Position numbers and translations under genes: made by a program. From IMG/VR virus record IMGVR_UViG_3300032285_004008: a stretch of DNA of 64,000 nt, one strand, 5' to 3'. Below, piece by piece: positions 21,691 to 36,868 of the stretch. The first letter of the stretch is position 1. Each line of letters opens with the position of its first letter. The stretch is from a virus. The notes beneath the pieces are model-generated. The model was not told where the DNA came from, did no database searches, and saw only the letters and a list, made by a program, of their open reading frames with translations.

Positions 21691-22427
21691 TGAAGAAAAT
21701 TGAAGTAAGACGTCTACGCCCCACCTCGGCTCAGGTAGAGCAGCTACCTGGAACCAGAGAGTGGATGGACAACACTCACGATAAGCATGCGTATATGTGC
21801 TTCCCGGTCTCTCTCACTAATCGGTTGGGCTGGGGAATATCTTTCCCCGAGGACATCTCTTTTATCTGGGATGGTGTGGAGAACTATGAACAACACCACG
21901 TAAAAGTCCTTAAGGGATCCGACTATGTATATACAGGAAGAGCCCACGGCACAGTTAGTTTCTATGGTGGACTAATGATTAGAACCGATGAGAATACGTC
22001 AATGCTTACGATGCCTACACCTAATCTATTTATTAGGGGTATTCAGCCGTTTACGACGCTAATGAGCACATCTTTCTATACGGGAGAATATCCACTAGCT
22101 CTTAAGATAACTGAGCCAAATCGAGAAATAACTATCCCAGCTGGTACCCCTATTTTTACCATTCTGCCTATTTCAATCGGTAGCTTGCAAGACGAATACG
22201 AGATGGAAATCTCTGAAGGTGATATGTCTCGTGAATACTATGAAGAACTTAAGAAATATGGCGATGCTGCAGAGGCTAAGAACTCTGTTGGCGACTGGTC
22301 AAAGATGTATCGAGATGCAATCAACTATGACGGAAGTTCAATGGGATCGCATGAGTCAAAAAATATTCGACTAAAGACAGTAAAGTGTCCAGTAACAGGA
22401 GATACCTATGAAATCCCAGCTGATTAA
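21690..22427 (+). CDS. DUF6065-like protein
   Basis: REWMD....HAY.C.P....N..GW.I and IPAGTPI motifs; no HxD..H triad. Confidence 0.65.
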   Translation: MKKIEVRRLRPTSAQVEQLPGTREWMDNTHDKHAYMCFPVSLTNRLGWGISFPEDISFIWDGVENYEQHHVKVLKGSDYVYTGRAHGTVSFYGGLMIRTDENTSMLTMPTPNLFIRGIQPFTTLMSTSFYTGEYPLALKITEPNREITIPAGTPIFTILPISIGSLQDEYEMEISEGDMSREYYEELKKYGDAAEAKNSVGDWSKMYRDAINYDGSSMGSHESKNIRLKTVKCPVTGDTYEIPAD

Positions 22428-23145
22428 GTTTATAAGTAATCGACCTTGGTTGAATAGCAAAAGTGCTTCTGTACCAGGCCCTACTATTAAAACTATTCCA
22501 GAATGGTATCGTAAGGCTGATCGTTTTGCAATCAACCCCCACACCAACGAGCCATGGATTAATCCTCAAGACGGTGGAAAAGTCCCTACATGGAAAGCTT
22601 GCCCAGCGGTATTTGACATCATGGGCACTGGCTATGTCTATAAGACCCCATGCGACGTTGAGGTCTATGAAGAAAATGGCGAGATCCGGATTCGAGTATT
22701 AGATCCTCAGAATAAGGACTTTGTTGGCGATCGTATGCCAATGCCCCAGTTTGTTTCGCCACGCGGGTATCACGAGAAGCATTTTGCCTGGTGGGCCGAT
22801 TGGGCAGTAGTTCTTCCAGAGGGCTATAGTGCACTTTATTCTCAGCCTTTTAATCGCTTTGAGCTACCGTTCTTAACGACCAGTGGAATTATTGATAATG
22901 ATAAAGTTCATCTCCCAGGTACCATGCCATTTTTTATTGCTAAAGGTTTTACTGGAGTAATCCCAGCCGGGACTCCATATGCTCAAATCATCCCATTCAA
23001 GCGTGAAGACTGGACCTCAGAGGTTCAAACTAATATCGGCTATGAGCAGATGATGAAGAATAATATGGAAAATAGCCAGAAGTACCGAGTACCTAATGGT
23101 GGAGTTTATCAAAAGGAAGTCTGGACTCGCCGAGTCTACGAGTAA
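22408..23145 (+). CDS. DUF6065-like protein
   Basis: IPEWY...KACP..FD...GY, P.GYS.L...P.N...SGIIDND, IPAGTP.AQIIPFKR. Confidence 0.6.
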   Translation: MKSQLIKFISNRPWLNSKSASVPGPTIKTIPEWYRKADRFAINPHTNEPWINPQDGGKVPTWKACPAVFDIMGTGYVYKTPCDVEVYEENGEIRIRVLDPQNKDFVGDRMPMPQFVSPRGYHEKHFAWWADWAVVLPEGYSALYSQPFNRFELPFLTTSGIIDNDKVHLPGTMPFFIAKGFTGVIPAGTPYAQIIPFKREDWTSEVQTNIGYEQMMKNNMENSQKYRVPNGGVYQKEVWTRRVYE

Positions 23146-23159
23146 TGTAGGATAAAAGT

Positions 23160-23834
23160 ATGAGTGAACAAGAACTAGCAAATAGCCACAGAGGTGCTGA
23201 ACGAGTATCTATTACTCCTTCTGGATTTTTTGGTAACTCCCCTGACAATATTGTCACCCTAGAAAACTTTATGACTGAAGAAGAAATAGTCGCACTGGAT
23301 ACTTTTATTCGTAGCAATACCGAGTGGGATGTAACTGAGACCCACTACAACGACGAGGGCACAGTGATCTATGACTCTGACTACTGGGCAAACAGGGTTG
23401 CCACGTATGGAACTATCGATCGAGTAAATCCGGAAATCCCTAGAATTATTGAGGGAATGGTAGCTCGTTTTAAGGTTGAAGTAGATAAGTTCTTTAATGT
23501 TGATGCCATGCCAACAAGCCCTGCTCTAGTTCGATGGCTACCAGGGATGTTCCAGCACCCACATGCTGATAAGGAACTTCACGTTGGTGATGATAGAGGA
23601 AAGCCAAATGATTTTCCATATTATGACCTAGCTGGCCTTTTTTATATCAATGACGACTACGAGGGTGGAGAGCTGTACTTCCCAAACCAGGGAATCCAGT
23701 TCAAGCCAAAGCGTGGAGCTGCCTACTTCTTCCCCGGAGATATGAACTATATCCATGGGGTAACTGAGATTAAATCCGGTATTCGCTACACATGCCCGTT
23801 CTTCTGGACAATTGTTAAGCATCATGGAAGTTAA
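23160..23834 (+). CDS. 2OG-Fe(II) oxygenase (3)
   Basis: HAD...YINDDYEGGELYF...HGV...RY. Confidence 0.9.
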   Translation: MSEQELANSHRGAERVSITPSGFFGNSPDNIVTLENFMTEEEIVALDTFIRSNTEWDVTETHYNDEGTVIYDSDYWANRVATYGTIDRVNPEIPRIIEGMVARFKVEVDKFFNVDAMPTSPALVRWLPGMFQHPHADKELHVGDDRGKPNDFPYYDLAGLFYINDDYEGGELYFPNQGIQFKPKRGAAYFFPGDMNYIHGVTEIKSGIRYTCPFFWTIVKHHGS

Positions 23835-24588
23835 AAACCTATACCCAAAAATAAGTGTTTATAGCGGTTTGCTAGGAAATACTTCTGAGCTTGTGACTAC
23901 CCTAAGGGAAGTATATGACTGGGATGGTTGGTATACTTTTGGCGATCAGACCGTTATCCAGTTGAATCGTAGAACCTTCGAGACCTTCCCAACGAAAGAA
24001 GAGTGGAAGCAGATTGAAGATTCTGTAGAAAAGCCTAACTCAGCGGCAAGTATGATCTTGTCTGCCTTCTATGAAGCAACTAAACATTATGTAGAAAATA
24101 ACAAAATTACTCCAGTAGCTTGGAATTTTAACTCTCCTGCAATATGCATGTATAACACTAATGCTGGTGCATCAGAAGAAGTTGCCATGCACTACCACAC
24201 CGATTTTCAGCAAGAAAAACGTGATGAACCCGGATTTAAACCATACATTACATGCACTATGTATTTGAATGACGACTATGAAGGTGGAGAGATAGATTTT
24301 AAGATTCTAAAAGAAGGATCTCCATCAGATAATTTTGTATACAAACCCAAAGCAGGGGATATTTTAGTATTCCCATCTAATCAGCCTTACTACCACGGAG
24401 TGCATTTAACAACCAAAGGTCAAAAATATTTTGTTAGATCGTTCTGGGACTATTACTTTCCAGGCACCCCGGAATGGCACCAAGGACTTAAATCATATGG
24501 TCAAGAAAAATGGCTAGAGATGGAAGCTCAGCGGGAGAAGGCAGAGAGAATTGATGGACGCTATAACCTCATGAATGGGGATTACTAA
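23824..24588 (+). CDS. 2OG-Fe(II) oxygenase (4)
   Basis: HTD...YLNDDYEGGE...HGV...KY; start reassigned to ATG 23824, overlapping the previous gene's end. Confidence 0.88.
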   Translation: MEVKNLYPKISVYSGLLGNTSELVTTLREVYDWDGWYTFGDQTVIQLNRRTFETFPTKEEWKQIEDSVEKPNSAASMILSAFYEATKHYVENNKITPVAWNFNSPAICMYNTNAGASEEVAMHYHTDFQQEKRDEPGFKPYITCTMYLNDDYEGGEIDFKILKEGSPSDNFVYKPKAGDILVFPSNQPYYHGVHLTTKGQKYFVRSFWDYYFPGTPEWHQGLKSYGQEKWLEMEAQREKAERIDGRYNLMNGDY

Positions 24589-25313
24589 TGTCGTATTCTT
24601 TAGATTCAAATACTTTTATATACTATAAAAATGAAATAAATACAAAATCTCAGCTCGGTGTGCTAGAAAATAAAATTGTTGAAATACCTAATTTTGTAGA
24701 TGCTGATATTGCAGAGAAACTAATTGAGTATTTTGAAAATGGCCCAGAATCCTGGGAGCCTATTGCTTTTTACGGCTCCTATGGCATGGGACTGAATCCA
24801 GATGCTGAAGAGTTAAAAAAGTTTGACCTAGACTCTAAAGTGTTTGAAATTATAAACAGCAAAACTAAAGCCGCTGTAGAGATTATTTTTAATATAGAAG
24901 TTAAACCAAATACATCTCACGCCCAAAAATGGGTGGAGGGTGGATTTGCCTATCCTCACTCGGATAATTCCGATTTTGACGGGAATCCAACTGCATTCGA
25001 AATAAACAAATATGTAGCCATTTTATACTTAAATGATGACTATACTGGCGGGATCTTGCACTTCCCAGACCATAACCTTTCAATTAAGCCTAACAAATAC
25101 TCTATATACATAATGCCTGGTGGTATAGAGAATATCCATGAAGTAAGGGAAATACTCTCTGGAGAACGCCACACTATGCTCTCGTTCTGGGATTTTGCAG
25201 ATTCAACCTACTCGGAAGAAAGAAAGCTTCAGTGGGAAAAAGAATTAGAAGAAGTTAGAGCCTCTCAAGCCGAGCAACGCGAAGAGTGGAAAAACGGAAA
25301 TAAATACGCATGA
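24588..25313 (+). CDS. 2OG-Fe(II) oxygenase (5)
   Basis: HSD...YLNDDYTGG...HEV...RH. Confidence 0.9.
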   Translation: MSYSLDSNTFIYYKNEINTKSQLGVLENKIVEIPNFVDADIAEKLIEYFENGPESWEPIAFYGSYGMGLNPDAEELKKFDLDSKVFEIINSKTKAAVEIIFNIEVKPNTSHAQKWVEGGFAYPHSDNSDFDGNPTAFEINKYVAILYLNDDYTGGILHFPDHNLSIKPNKYSIYIMPGGIENIHEVREILSGERHTMLSFWDFADSTYSEERKLQWEKELEEVRASQAEQREEWKNGNKYA

Positions 25314-25326
25314 ATAAGGTAGCACT

Positions 25327-26124
25327 ATGTCAGAACTAAATCCTATAGAGATATACCCAAGAATCATGGTATTTAAGGGTGCATTTAAAGACCCGATGGC
25401 TTTTATTGAAAAAGTTAAGCAGCTTCCTACGTGGCAAGCTTGGTGGACTTTTGGAGAATTGGCAAGCCTACCTGGACCCGAATATACAAGATTCGAAACC
25501 AAACCAACCCCCGCCGAGTGGGAAAAATTTATTGCAGATACTGAGGTAAATCAGAAAGGTATGCCAGGTGCTGATTTACCACCATACATTGATCAACTTT
25601 TTTATGAAGTAACTAATCACTATATGGATGTATACCCACTTGAATTAAAAAACTGGTGCCACCAAAAACCTTCTATTGCTAAATATGTAGCTCTAGGTGG
25701 GGTTGATGATGATCGCTACTCAATGCATTACCACACAGACTTTCAGCGAGAAAAAGCAGATGCACCTGGTCTCAAGTTTGCACTAACTTGCACCATGTAC
25801 TTGAATGACGACTATGAGGGCGGGGAGCTTTCATTTAAAATTCTTCGAGAAGACGGTGTGGTGGATACTATAGATTTTAAGCCTGGTTTAGGTGACGTAG
25901 TTGTTTTTCCATCAGTAGAGCCGTACTTTCACGGGGTACGTCAAATTGCAACAGGAGATCGTTATTTTATTAGAACTTTTTGGCTAGAGCAGTTCGAGGG
26001 AACCCCGGAGTGGAATGCTGGATTAGCAGAGCACGGGCCGGAGAAATGGGCTGAAATGGAAAAAGCTAGAGAAAGCGCCTTTAGAAGAGAGCAAGACAAA
26101 CATAGGGATAGGTTCTACGACTAG
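25327..26124 (+). CDS. 2OG-Fe(II) oxygenase (6), paralogue of (4)
   Basis: HTD...YLNDDYEGGE...HGV...RY. Confidence 0.9.
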   Translation: MSELNPIEIYPRIMVFKGAFKDPMAFIEKVKQLPTWQAWWTFGELASLPGPEYTRFETKPTPAEWEKFIADTEVNQKGMPGADLPPYIDQLFYEVTNHYMDVYPLELKNWCHQKPSIAKYVALGGVDDDRYSMHYHTDFQREKADAPGLKFALTCTMYLNDDYEGGELSFKILREDGVVDTIDFKPGLGDVVVFPSVEPYFHGVRQIATGDRYFIRTFWLEQFEGTPEWNAGLAEHGPEKWAEMEKARESAFRREQDKHRDRFYD

Positions 26125-26161
26125 TAGTATACTTATATTTTAAGAATAAATTAGGAGAAAA

Positions 26162-26851
26162 ATGATTCCGGAACCGATATGGCTAAAGGATGATGTTGTC
26201 ACATTTCCTGAATTTTTAAGCCCGGAAGAGTGCAACAAGATTATTGCATTCTTTGAAGAACAGGGTACAGTATCAGGTCACTGGATGCAGACCTGCTTCT
26301 ATGACTCTCTAGGCATGGCTCTCATGATTGATGAGGATGCCTTGCATCGTTCGGGGTTGGAAGATATCCACCAAAACTATTTCCGTTGGTTGCCAGAGCA
26401 CATCCGCGCTGCCGTAGAGCAAGCCTACGATCGAGAAGTTACTTTAAATAGTGCTCATGCTCAGAAATGGCCAAAGGGGGCTTTTGCTCGTTGGCACTCG
26501 GATAGTTCTGACCTAGAGGGAAATCTAACTGCATGGCGTAACAATAAGTTTGCCACCGTTCTATATTTAAATGATGATTACGAGGGTGGGGAGCTAGAGT
26601 TTCGTGATCATGATCTAACTGTAAAACTCCCTCAGGGTAGCCTAATTGCTTTTCCTGGTGGCGTTCAGAATATTCATCGTATTACTGAAATTCTAGAAGG
26701 AACTAGATTTACAGTAGTAGGTTTCTGGGATTATGCTGACTCGGTTTACACCGAAGAAGAGCTCAAGCAGATGGAAGATGAAATTGCGTATGAGCGCACC
26801 CGCCAGGATGAGCAAAAGAAGCAATGGGCTGCAGGGAACAAAAACGCTTAA
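26162..26851 (+). CDS. 2OG-Fe(II) oxygenase (7), paralogue of (5)
   Basis: HSD...YLNDDYEGGE...HRI...RF. Confidence 0.9.
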   Translation: MIPEPIWLKDDVVTFPEFLSPEECNKIIAFFEEQGTVSGHWMQTCFYDSLGMALMIDEDALHRSGLEDIHQNYFRWLPEHIRAAVEQAYDREVTLNSAHAQKWPKGAFARWHSDSSDLEGNLTAWRNNKFATVLYLNDDYEGGELEFRDHDLTVKLPQGSLIAFPGGVQNIHRITEILEGTRFTVVGFWDYADSVYTEEELKQMEDEIAYERTRQDEQKKQWAAGNKNA

Positions 26852-26867
26852 ATAGCTTGGGAGAGCC

Positions 26868-27557
26868 ATGATTGATCCATCAAAAGTAACTGTATATGCC
26901 GACAGAATTTTTTATTTTGAAGGCATTTTAGATGATCCTGAATATGCAATAGATATGCATAAAAATATGGATTCTTTGCTAGAAACAGATCACTATGATG
27001 TTTTCCATAAGCTAGGTCCGTGGCAAACATCGGATGAGATACCGCACATCTATGGCACTAAGCGTATGTCCACAAGAATGTATTTAGAGTCTACTAAAAA
27101 CGAGGAAGTAAAAGCTTTTTATACAAAAATAAATAATATTTTTGATGAAGCTGGTCGTTACTACTTCGATGCTCTTGGCATGGATTATCAAGGTGGCAGA
27201 ATTATGACTGATTTTGCCTCATTCCACTACAATACTGGAGAGGAAATGGGGCCTCATGTTGATGATAACTATGAGCCTCAAGTGGACCCTATTTGTACAG
27301 GATTAATTTACCTAAATGATAACAAAATAGGTGGAGATCTTTGGTTTCCAGAGCAGAATTTAACTATTAAATCTACTCCAGGAAGCATGGTTATTTTCCC
27401 ATGCGTAAAGCCATTTTTTCACTCATCTACCAAAATTCAGCAAGGTGAAAAATTCCACATTGGTACCGGGTGGAAGCGTCATAGAACTCCAGAAGAAATT
27501 GCAGCACTAGATCCGGATTATGGAAAAGATGCTAGACCAGACCTAGCTATGAAATAA
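26868..27557 (+). CDS. 2OG-Fe(II) oxygenase (8)
   Basis: HVD...YLNDNKIGGD...HSS...KF. Confidence 0.88.
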   Translation: MIDPSKVTVYADRIFYFEGILDDPEYAIDMHKNMDSLLETDHYDVFHKLGPWQTSDEIPHIYGTKRMSTRMYLESTKNEEVKAFYTKINNIFDEAGRYYFDALGMDYQGGRIMTDFASFHYNTGEEMGPHVDDNYEPQVDPICTGLIYLNDNKIGGDLWFPEQNLTIKSTPGSMVIFPCVKPFFHSSTKIQQGEKFHIGTGWKRHRTPEEIAALDPDYGKDARPDLAMK

Positions 27558-27646
27558 TATATCCTATATCTAAAAATAAAACAATTCAATCAAACACCGC
27601 ATACTAGGGTAAAATATAAGAGACCTCATATATCTTAGGGACTCTT

Positions 27647-28011
27647 GTGCACTGTACAACTACGAATGTTTACGACATTATTGTCGATCAAGGTGCTACC
27701 CTCTTGCGTTCAATAGGGTTAAAGAACGCTGCTAAAAAATCAGTGCCTTTAAATGGCTATACCGGAGTGATGGAGATTCGTTATTTAAAAACAGAATCCC
27801 CTGATGTGATTTTAACTTTAACCACAGAAAATGGTGGCATTGAGGTAAACCCAACAGCAGGAACTGTTCTTATTATTGCATCACCTGCGCAAACTGCAGC
27901 TATATCTCCAGGAAAATATGTCTACGACTTAGAGATGACCGAGACATCTACGGGCACGGTCACTAAAGTCATTCAGGGAAACTTAACAGTTAGACCAGAG
28001 GTTACAAAATA

Positions 28012-28012
<1 letters not shown>
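27647..28012 (+). CDS. virion adaptor / baseplate-upper-like small protein (paralogue of 7211..7573)
   Basis: DQGAT...LTTENG.I...YVYDLE...GNL.VR.EVT; GTG start. Confidence 0.65.
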
Positions 28013-32663
<4,651 letters not shown>

Positions 32664-32672
32664 GAATAGACA

Positions 32673-33635
32673 ATGGCAACCGCAACGACAGCATTTAGTG
32701 GTAGACCCACACTATCGTTACGCTCTACCGTAACTGAAAGCAGTACAAACGCTAGCACCTATGTAACTTCAGTTAACTGGAGCTTGGTGATTATTGCTTC
32801 CAGTAACACATCTACGGCCTACAATACTGGTGGTACCGCTGCTTGGTCTATGGATGTCAATACTAATGGAAGTACTCCAGTATCTTCTGGAACCTATAGT
32901 TACGATTTTCGCGCACCGAATACAACAACAAATAAAACTATTGCATCTGGTAGTAAAAATATTTCTAGAGGCTCGTATGGGTCTTATACCACAAACTTTA
33001 GTGGATATGCAGATGGTGGAACTGGTGGTCTAATTGGTTCCGCTACAGCCGCTGGATCTCTTGCTCTAAGTAATATTGTTGCTCCACCATTCTTCCCATA
33101 CTTCCCGCCATTCTTCCCGTACTTCCCTCCTTATTTCCCATACTTCCCTCCTTATTTTCCTTATTTCCCACCGTTCTTCCCGTTCTTCCCTCCTAACTTT
33201 ACTCCAGCTCCTGGATGGTCTGGAACCGGTACAGATGTTGTATTAGCTACAGCAACCGAAGGAATTTACTACTCAGATGGAATAGCTGCAAGTAATGCTA
33301 CTTCATACTCAATTACCAGCGGTTCATTCCCTAGTGGAATAACATTTGATACTTCTACTGGAGCAGTATACGGGACACCAGCTACTGGAACTAAAGGAAC
33401 ATACAACTTAACATTCACTGCATCTGGTGCTGGAGGTAGCACTACAAGTGGGACTATAAGTTTGATTGTTGTTCCAGAACCTGGTCAACTATTTACATAT
33501 GACACTGCCACTGGAACCTGGAAAAAGGCAATAGTAAATACATACTCTAATGTGGGTGGAGTTCCAACATCAAGCAAGAATACCTTGTATGTATATGACT
33601 CAGCCTCAGGCCAGTGGGTAATTAGTAAGGGTTAA
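32673..33635 (+). CDS. virion protein with a P(P)[YF]F tract and putative Ig (He_PIG-like) domain
   Basis: beta-rich N-terminal domain; 39-aa tract; then YSITSGSFPSGITFDTSTGAVYGTP..GTYNLTFTAS. Confidence 0.75.
   Translation: MATATTAFSGRPTLSLRSTVTESSTNASTYVTSVNWSLVIIASSNTSTAYNTGGTAAWSMDVNTNGSTPVSSGTYSYDFRAPNTTTNKTIASGSKNISRGSYGSYTTNFSGYADGGTGGLIGSATAAGSLALSNIVAPPFFPYFPPFFPYFPPYFPYFPPYFPYFPPFFPFFPPNFTPAPGWSGTGTDVVLATATEGIYYSDGIAASNATSYSITSGSFPSGITFDTSTGAVYGTPATGTKGTYNLTFTASGAGGSTTSGTISLIVVPEPGQLFTYDTATGTWKKAIVNTYSNVGGVPTSSKNTLYVYDSASGQWVISKG
33084..33200 (+). repeat. coding repeat tract of 11 P(P)[YF]F units (last one PPNF), 39 aa
   Basis: counted directly. Confidence 0.95.
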
Positions 33636-33638
33636 AAC

Positions 33639-36257
33639 CTAAATACTATTTGCAATTCGAAGAGTAGAATCCCAATTAACCTCACCGGTTGGGACTGCTC
33701 TAGGCTTAAGAGCACGATGAGCAACTACTGCCTTAACACCCTGACCTGCAACATCTAGTCCACGATCCTGCAGCTTACGCTGGAATGCAATCTGAGTCAT
33801 AGCACGTTCACCACGCTCATCAGACCATGTGCGATATACACGATATAGCTCTCGCACCTGTACTGAAGCATCGTCACGCTCTATAGTCTCTTCATCTAAG
33901 AACAAACCAATTCGATCCTCATTTTTACGATAAATATCAGACGCATCGCGAACAGCAGAACACCAACCAAGAGGGTCACGCGCACTGGAGTTTAGGTAGC
34001 GAATCGCACCCTCAACAGCCCACGAGAGAACCGCTGGAAGACCACCATCTGGGTCAGAAAGATATGCCTTTAGATCCGGATTAGCACGTTCTGGATCTGG
34101 AACGTGTGACCATGGAATTGGACGAAGACGACGCCACATAGCATCATCATTAATAATAGGGCGGTGGTTTGTAGTTACCCACATCTTGCCCTGAGCCTTA
34201 AACGTAAATGGCTTTTCACCAGGAGAACGACCCTGAATAGTTGATGAACCAGTCATTTGCTTAATCTGGTTTTCATTTAGACGTTCAGATTCTGGCAACT
34301 CATCAATCCAGATCATGCGCTTACCACGAAGCTCAGCCATATAGTACTGAGCAGAAGAATCATTTCCACCTTTACCAGCTGCCATAATTTCTGAAGGTAG
34401 TTTACCTGCATACTGTTCAGTACCAAGAGCATTAACAATTGTTTCAACAAATGTGTTCTTACCAGAACCAGGAGGACCGTAAACAAGGAACAAAACATCC
34501 TGGTCGCTCAAACCGGTTAGAGTATAGCCAGCAGCACGCTGAATCCATTCTTGAAGTTCTTTATCTCCACCGGTTGCATAGTCAATAAATTGTTCCCAGC
34601 GAGTGTTACGAAGTCCAGGAGTATACGAAACCGGTGCACGCTTGGTTATATACAAATCAGGTTGACCTTTAAGAAGTTTTCCAGTACGTAAATCAACAAC
34701 ACCATTACTAACACCTAAAAGATGAACATCCCCATCCCACTGCTCCACGGAAGTAACTACACGAGGGTCAGAGTTAGCACTTTTAATAGTTCCAGCAATA
34801 CGGCTATTAGATTTAGCTTGCTTAGCCCAGTTAACAAGTTCCTGACGTTTGGTATCATCGCTAGCTGGGTAGTTAGCAGTTTCTCCAGCAATAACTGGAG
34901 CAAGTTTCTTTGCTAATTCTTGAATCTCTAAATCCTCTGAGTCTGGACGCCAGTACTGGCCATTCCAGTGGAACCAACCGAGACCAGCCGTATATCTAAT
35001 CGCAGATCCAAAGGTATCAACTAGACGGCGACCATTACCGGTATCGGTGAGGGTGCGGAATCCAGGTTGTCCACCATCTTCTTCATTAATCGAGTCAACG
35101 TCTTTAGGTAGATTCAGATTTCCATTACTAGTAGCATCTACTACTGACATACCTTGCTCTACAAGCTGCGCAACAGTTGCACCAATAACACCACTAGTCA
35201 CTACTTCTGGATTACCTGCAAGCTCTCCACCGGGAGATAGTTTTTCTGCAAGCTCTTGCCCCTGAGTCTCTATCCACTCAGATAGCCCATTCCACCCTCG
35301 ATCAATTTTAGGGTTACCGGCTACAAAATCAATTGCACGGTGAACGTGCATAAGTAGAGAGTTCTGACCCTCTAGCTCCATAGGAGGGCGGACCATCTCG
35401 TGATTAAATCGAATCATCATTGACTCGATTGCAAGACGACCCTTTTCATCAGTACCAAACTTATTTGCTAGAGCGCATGCAAGACGATAGATTTCTACCG
35501 CACGGTGGCCTTCTTGTATCCCCTCTGAAAGAATTGAATCTATATCAACTTTTTCTCCGCGGAATTCTAGATCTTCCATCCAATCCCAGGAGCCCTCTTT
35601 ATAGCTAGACCCCGTGCCCTGACGAGCAGCTCTAGCGCGTAGAACTGCAAGAAGTTCTTCTGGTGCTTCGGCAATCTCCATCTCCCACGGAGCGTGGCCC
35701 GGCTTCCAGTCATAAGTAATTCCTGAAAAATGGCGAGATGGGGAGAGCAGGATATACCCATTGTGTTTAATATCGATACCCTTTAGACCAGCTTTTTCTA
35801 GGTTACCGATAAACTTTTCATTAGGGTTGCATTTATAAATTAAGTGGCGTCCACGAACAACTTTTCCATTTACAGAATATTCTCCAGTTTGAGCTTCAAC
35901 TGTAGAAATAATTGCACCCTCGGCGCGGGATTCAAGGATATCAAAAGAATCATCCCCACCAGAACGCGGGTCAATATCAATTGCAAAAAAGCCAGATTCT
36001 TTACATAGAACACCAACGTTATAATCAGGGTTCTGGTTCCACCAGCTTTGAATTTGAGTTAGATCGGTAGTGGCATCTTTTTGTCCATTAGGACTTGCAG
36101 GGTGTTTGCCAATATCTTTTGCTTCATTGTGCGGCTTACCGCAAGTGCATCTACCATCTAAAGTAATTCCATGGACAGGTAGGACTTTCCATCCCTTTTT
36201 CGCATACCATTCGGCACCAGCGCCAAGCCTATTATTAGCTGACTCCCAGTTGCCCAT
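33639..36257 (-). CDS. bifunctional primase-polymerase fused to a D5-like SF3 helicase
   Basis: Prim-pol N-terminus (GKHP, IDIDPR, GRHL); D5_N (TDTGNGRRL); Walker A GPPGSGKNT; TNHRP. Confidence 0.92.
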   Translation of the reverse strand: MGNWESANNRLGAGAEWYAKKGWKVLPVHGITLDGRCTCGKPHNEAKDIGKHPASPNGQKDATTDLTQIQSWWNQNPDYNVGVLCKESGFFAIDIDPRSGGDDSFDILESRAEGAIISTVEAQTGEYSVNGKVVRGRHLIYKCNPNEKFIGNLEKAGLKGIDIKHNGYILLSPSRHFSGITYDWKPGHAPWEMEIAEAPEELLAVLRARAARQGTGSSYKEGSWDWMEDLEFRGEKVDIDSILSEGIQEGHRAVEIYRLACALANKFGTDEKGRLAIESMMIRFNHEMVRPPMELEGQNSLLMHVHRAIDFVAGNPKIDRGWNGLSEWIETQGQELAEKLSPGGELAGNPEVVTSGVIGATVAQLVEQGMSVVDATSNGNLNLPKDVDSINEEDGGQPGFRTLTDTGNGRRLVDTFGSAIRYTAGLGWFHWNGQYWRPDSEDLEIQELAKKLAPVIAGETANYPASDDTKRQELVNWAKQAKSNSRIAGTIKSANSDPRVVTSVEQWDGDVHLLGVSNGVVDLRTGKLLKGQPDLYITKRAPVSYTPGLRNTRWEQFIDYATGGDKELQEWIQRAAGYTLTGLSDQDVLFLVYGPPGSGKNTFVETIVNALGTEQYAGKLPSEIMAAGKGGNDSSAQYYMAELRGKRMIWIDELPESERLNENQIKQMTGSSTIQGRSPGEKPFTFKAQGKMWVTTNHRPIINDDAMWRRLRPIPWSHVPDPERANPDLKAYLSDPDGGLPAVLSWAVEGAIRYLNSSARDPLGWCSAVRDASDIYRKNEDRIGLFLDEETIERDDASVQVRELYRVYRTWSDERGERAMTQIAFQRKLQDRGLDVAGQGVKAVVAHRALKPRAVPTGEVNWDSTLRIANSI

Positions 36258-36315
36258 TAGTTGCCTACCTTATTGTCATTAAAGAAATACATATGCTCTC
36301 CAGTTACTAAACACC

Positions 36316-36344
36316 AGCATACACACAGGGTAGGTGTGCTGCAA
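36316..36344 (-). promoter_or_regulatory. SigA-type promoter for the primase-helicase
   Basis: TTGCAG-N17-TATGCT with extended TG. Confidence 0.5.
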
Positions 36345-36483
36345 GTCAAAACGCTAAATGAGGTAAAAATACCTAACTTATTGGCGGTCTGATCTAACAG
36401 CGCGTCAAATAAGGACGACCCTAATAGGGTAAAATAGGATAAACAAATCTAATTGTTTCCCTCTAGAGAATCTATTATAGGCT

Positions 36484-36813
36484 ATGACCATCGAGATTAT
36501 TTTAACTATTGCAGCAGTGATCACAGCTCTCGGAGTGATCTTTGGTGGAATATACGCCACTTTTCGTTTAGTAAATCGAATTAGCCAAGCTATTGGTGTA
36601 GATGCTTCAGGTAGAACATTATCAGATAGATTAGAGCGAGTAGAGCACCAACTCTGGGAAAATGGCGGAAGTTCTCTAGCCGATAGAGTAAACGTCATTG
36701 GCGAACATGTAGTTAAACTTTCAGCCGAAACAGAGCTGATTAAAGACTTAGTAATTACTACAAAAACTGCCCCAGTAAAAGTTGTCAAAACACGTGTCAA
36801 AAAAGCTAGCTAA
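36484..36813 (+). CDS. single-TM membrane protein (holin- or lysis-accessory-like)
   Basis: N-terminal TM helix, then coiled coil with NGGSSLAD motif and basic tail. Confidence 0.55.
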   Translation: MTIEIILTIAAVITALGVIFGGIYATFRLVNRISQAIGVDASGRTLSDRLERVEHQLWENGGSSLADRVNVIGEHVVKLSAETELIKDLVITTKTAPVKVVKTRVKKAS

Positions 36814-36868
36814 CAGCAAAAATATGTAGTAGGATTTTCCTAGTGTAAATAAAACCACTAGGAGATGC

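Noticed and set aside
36258-36483. Replication origin or ncRNA in the divergent intergenic region
   Set aside because: No iterons or convincing fold; adequately explained by two divergent promoters.
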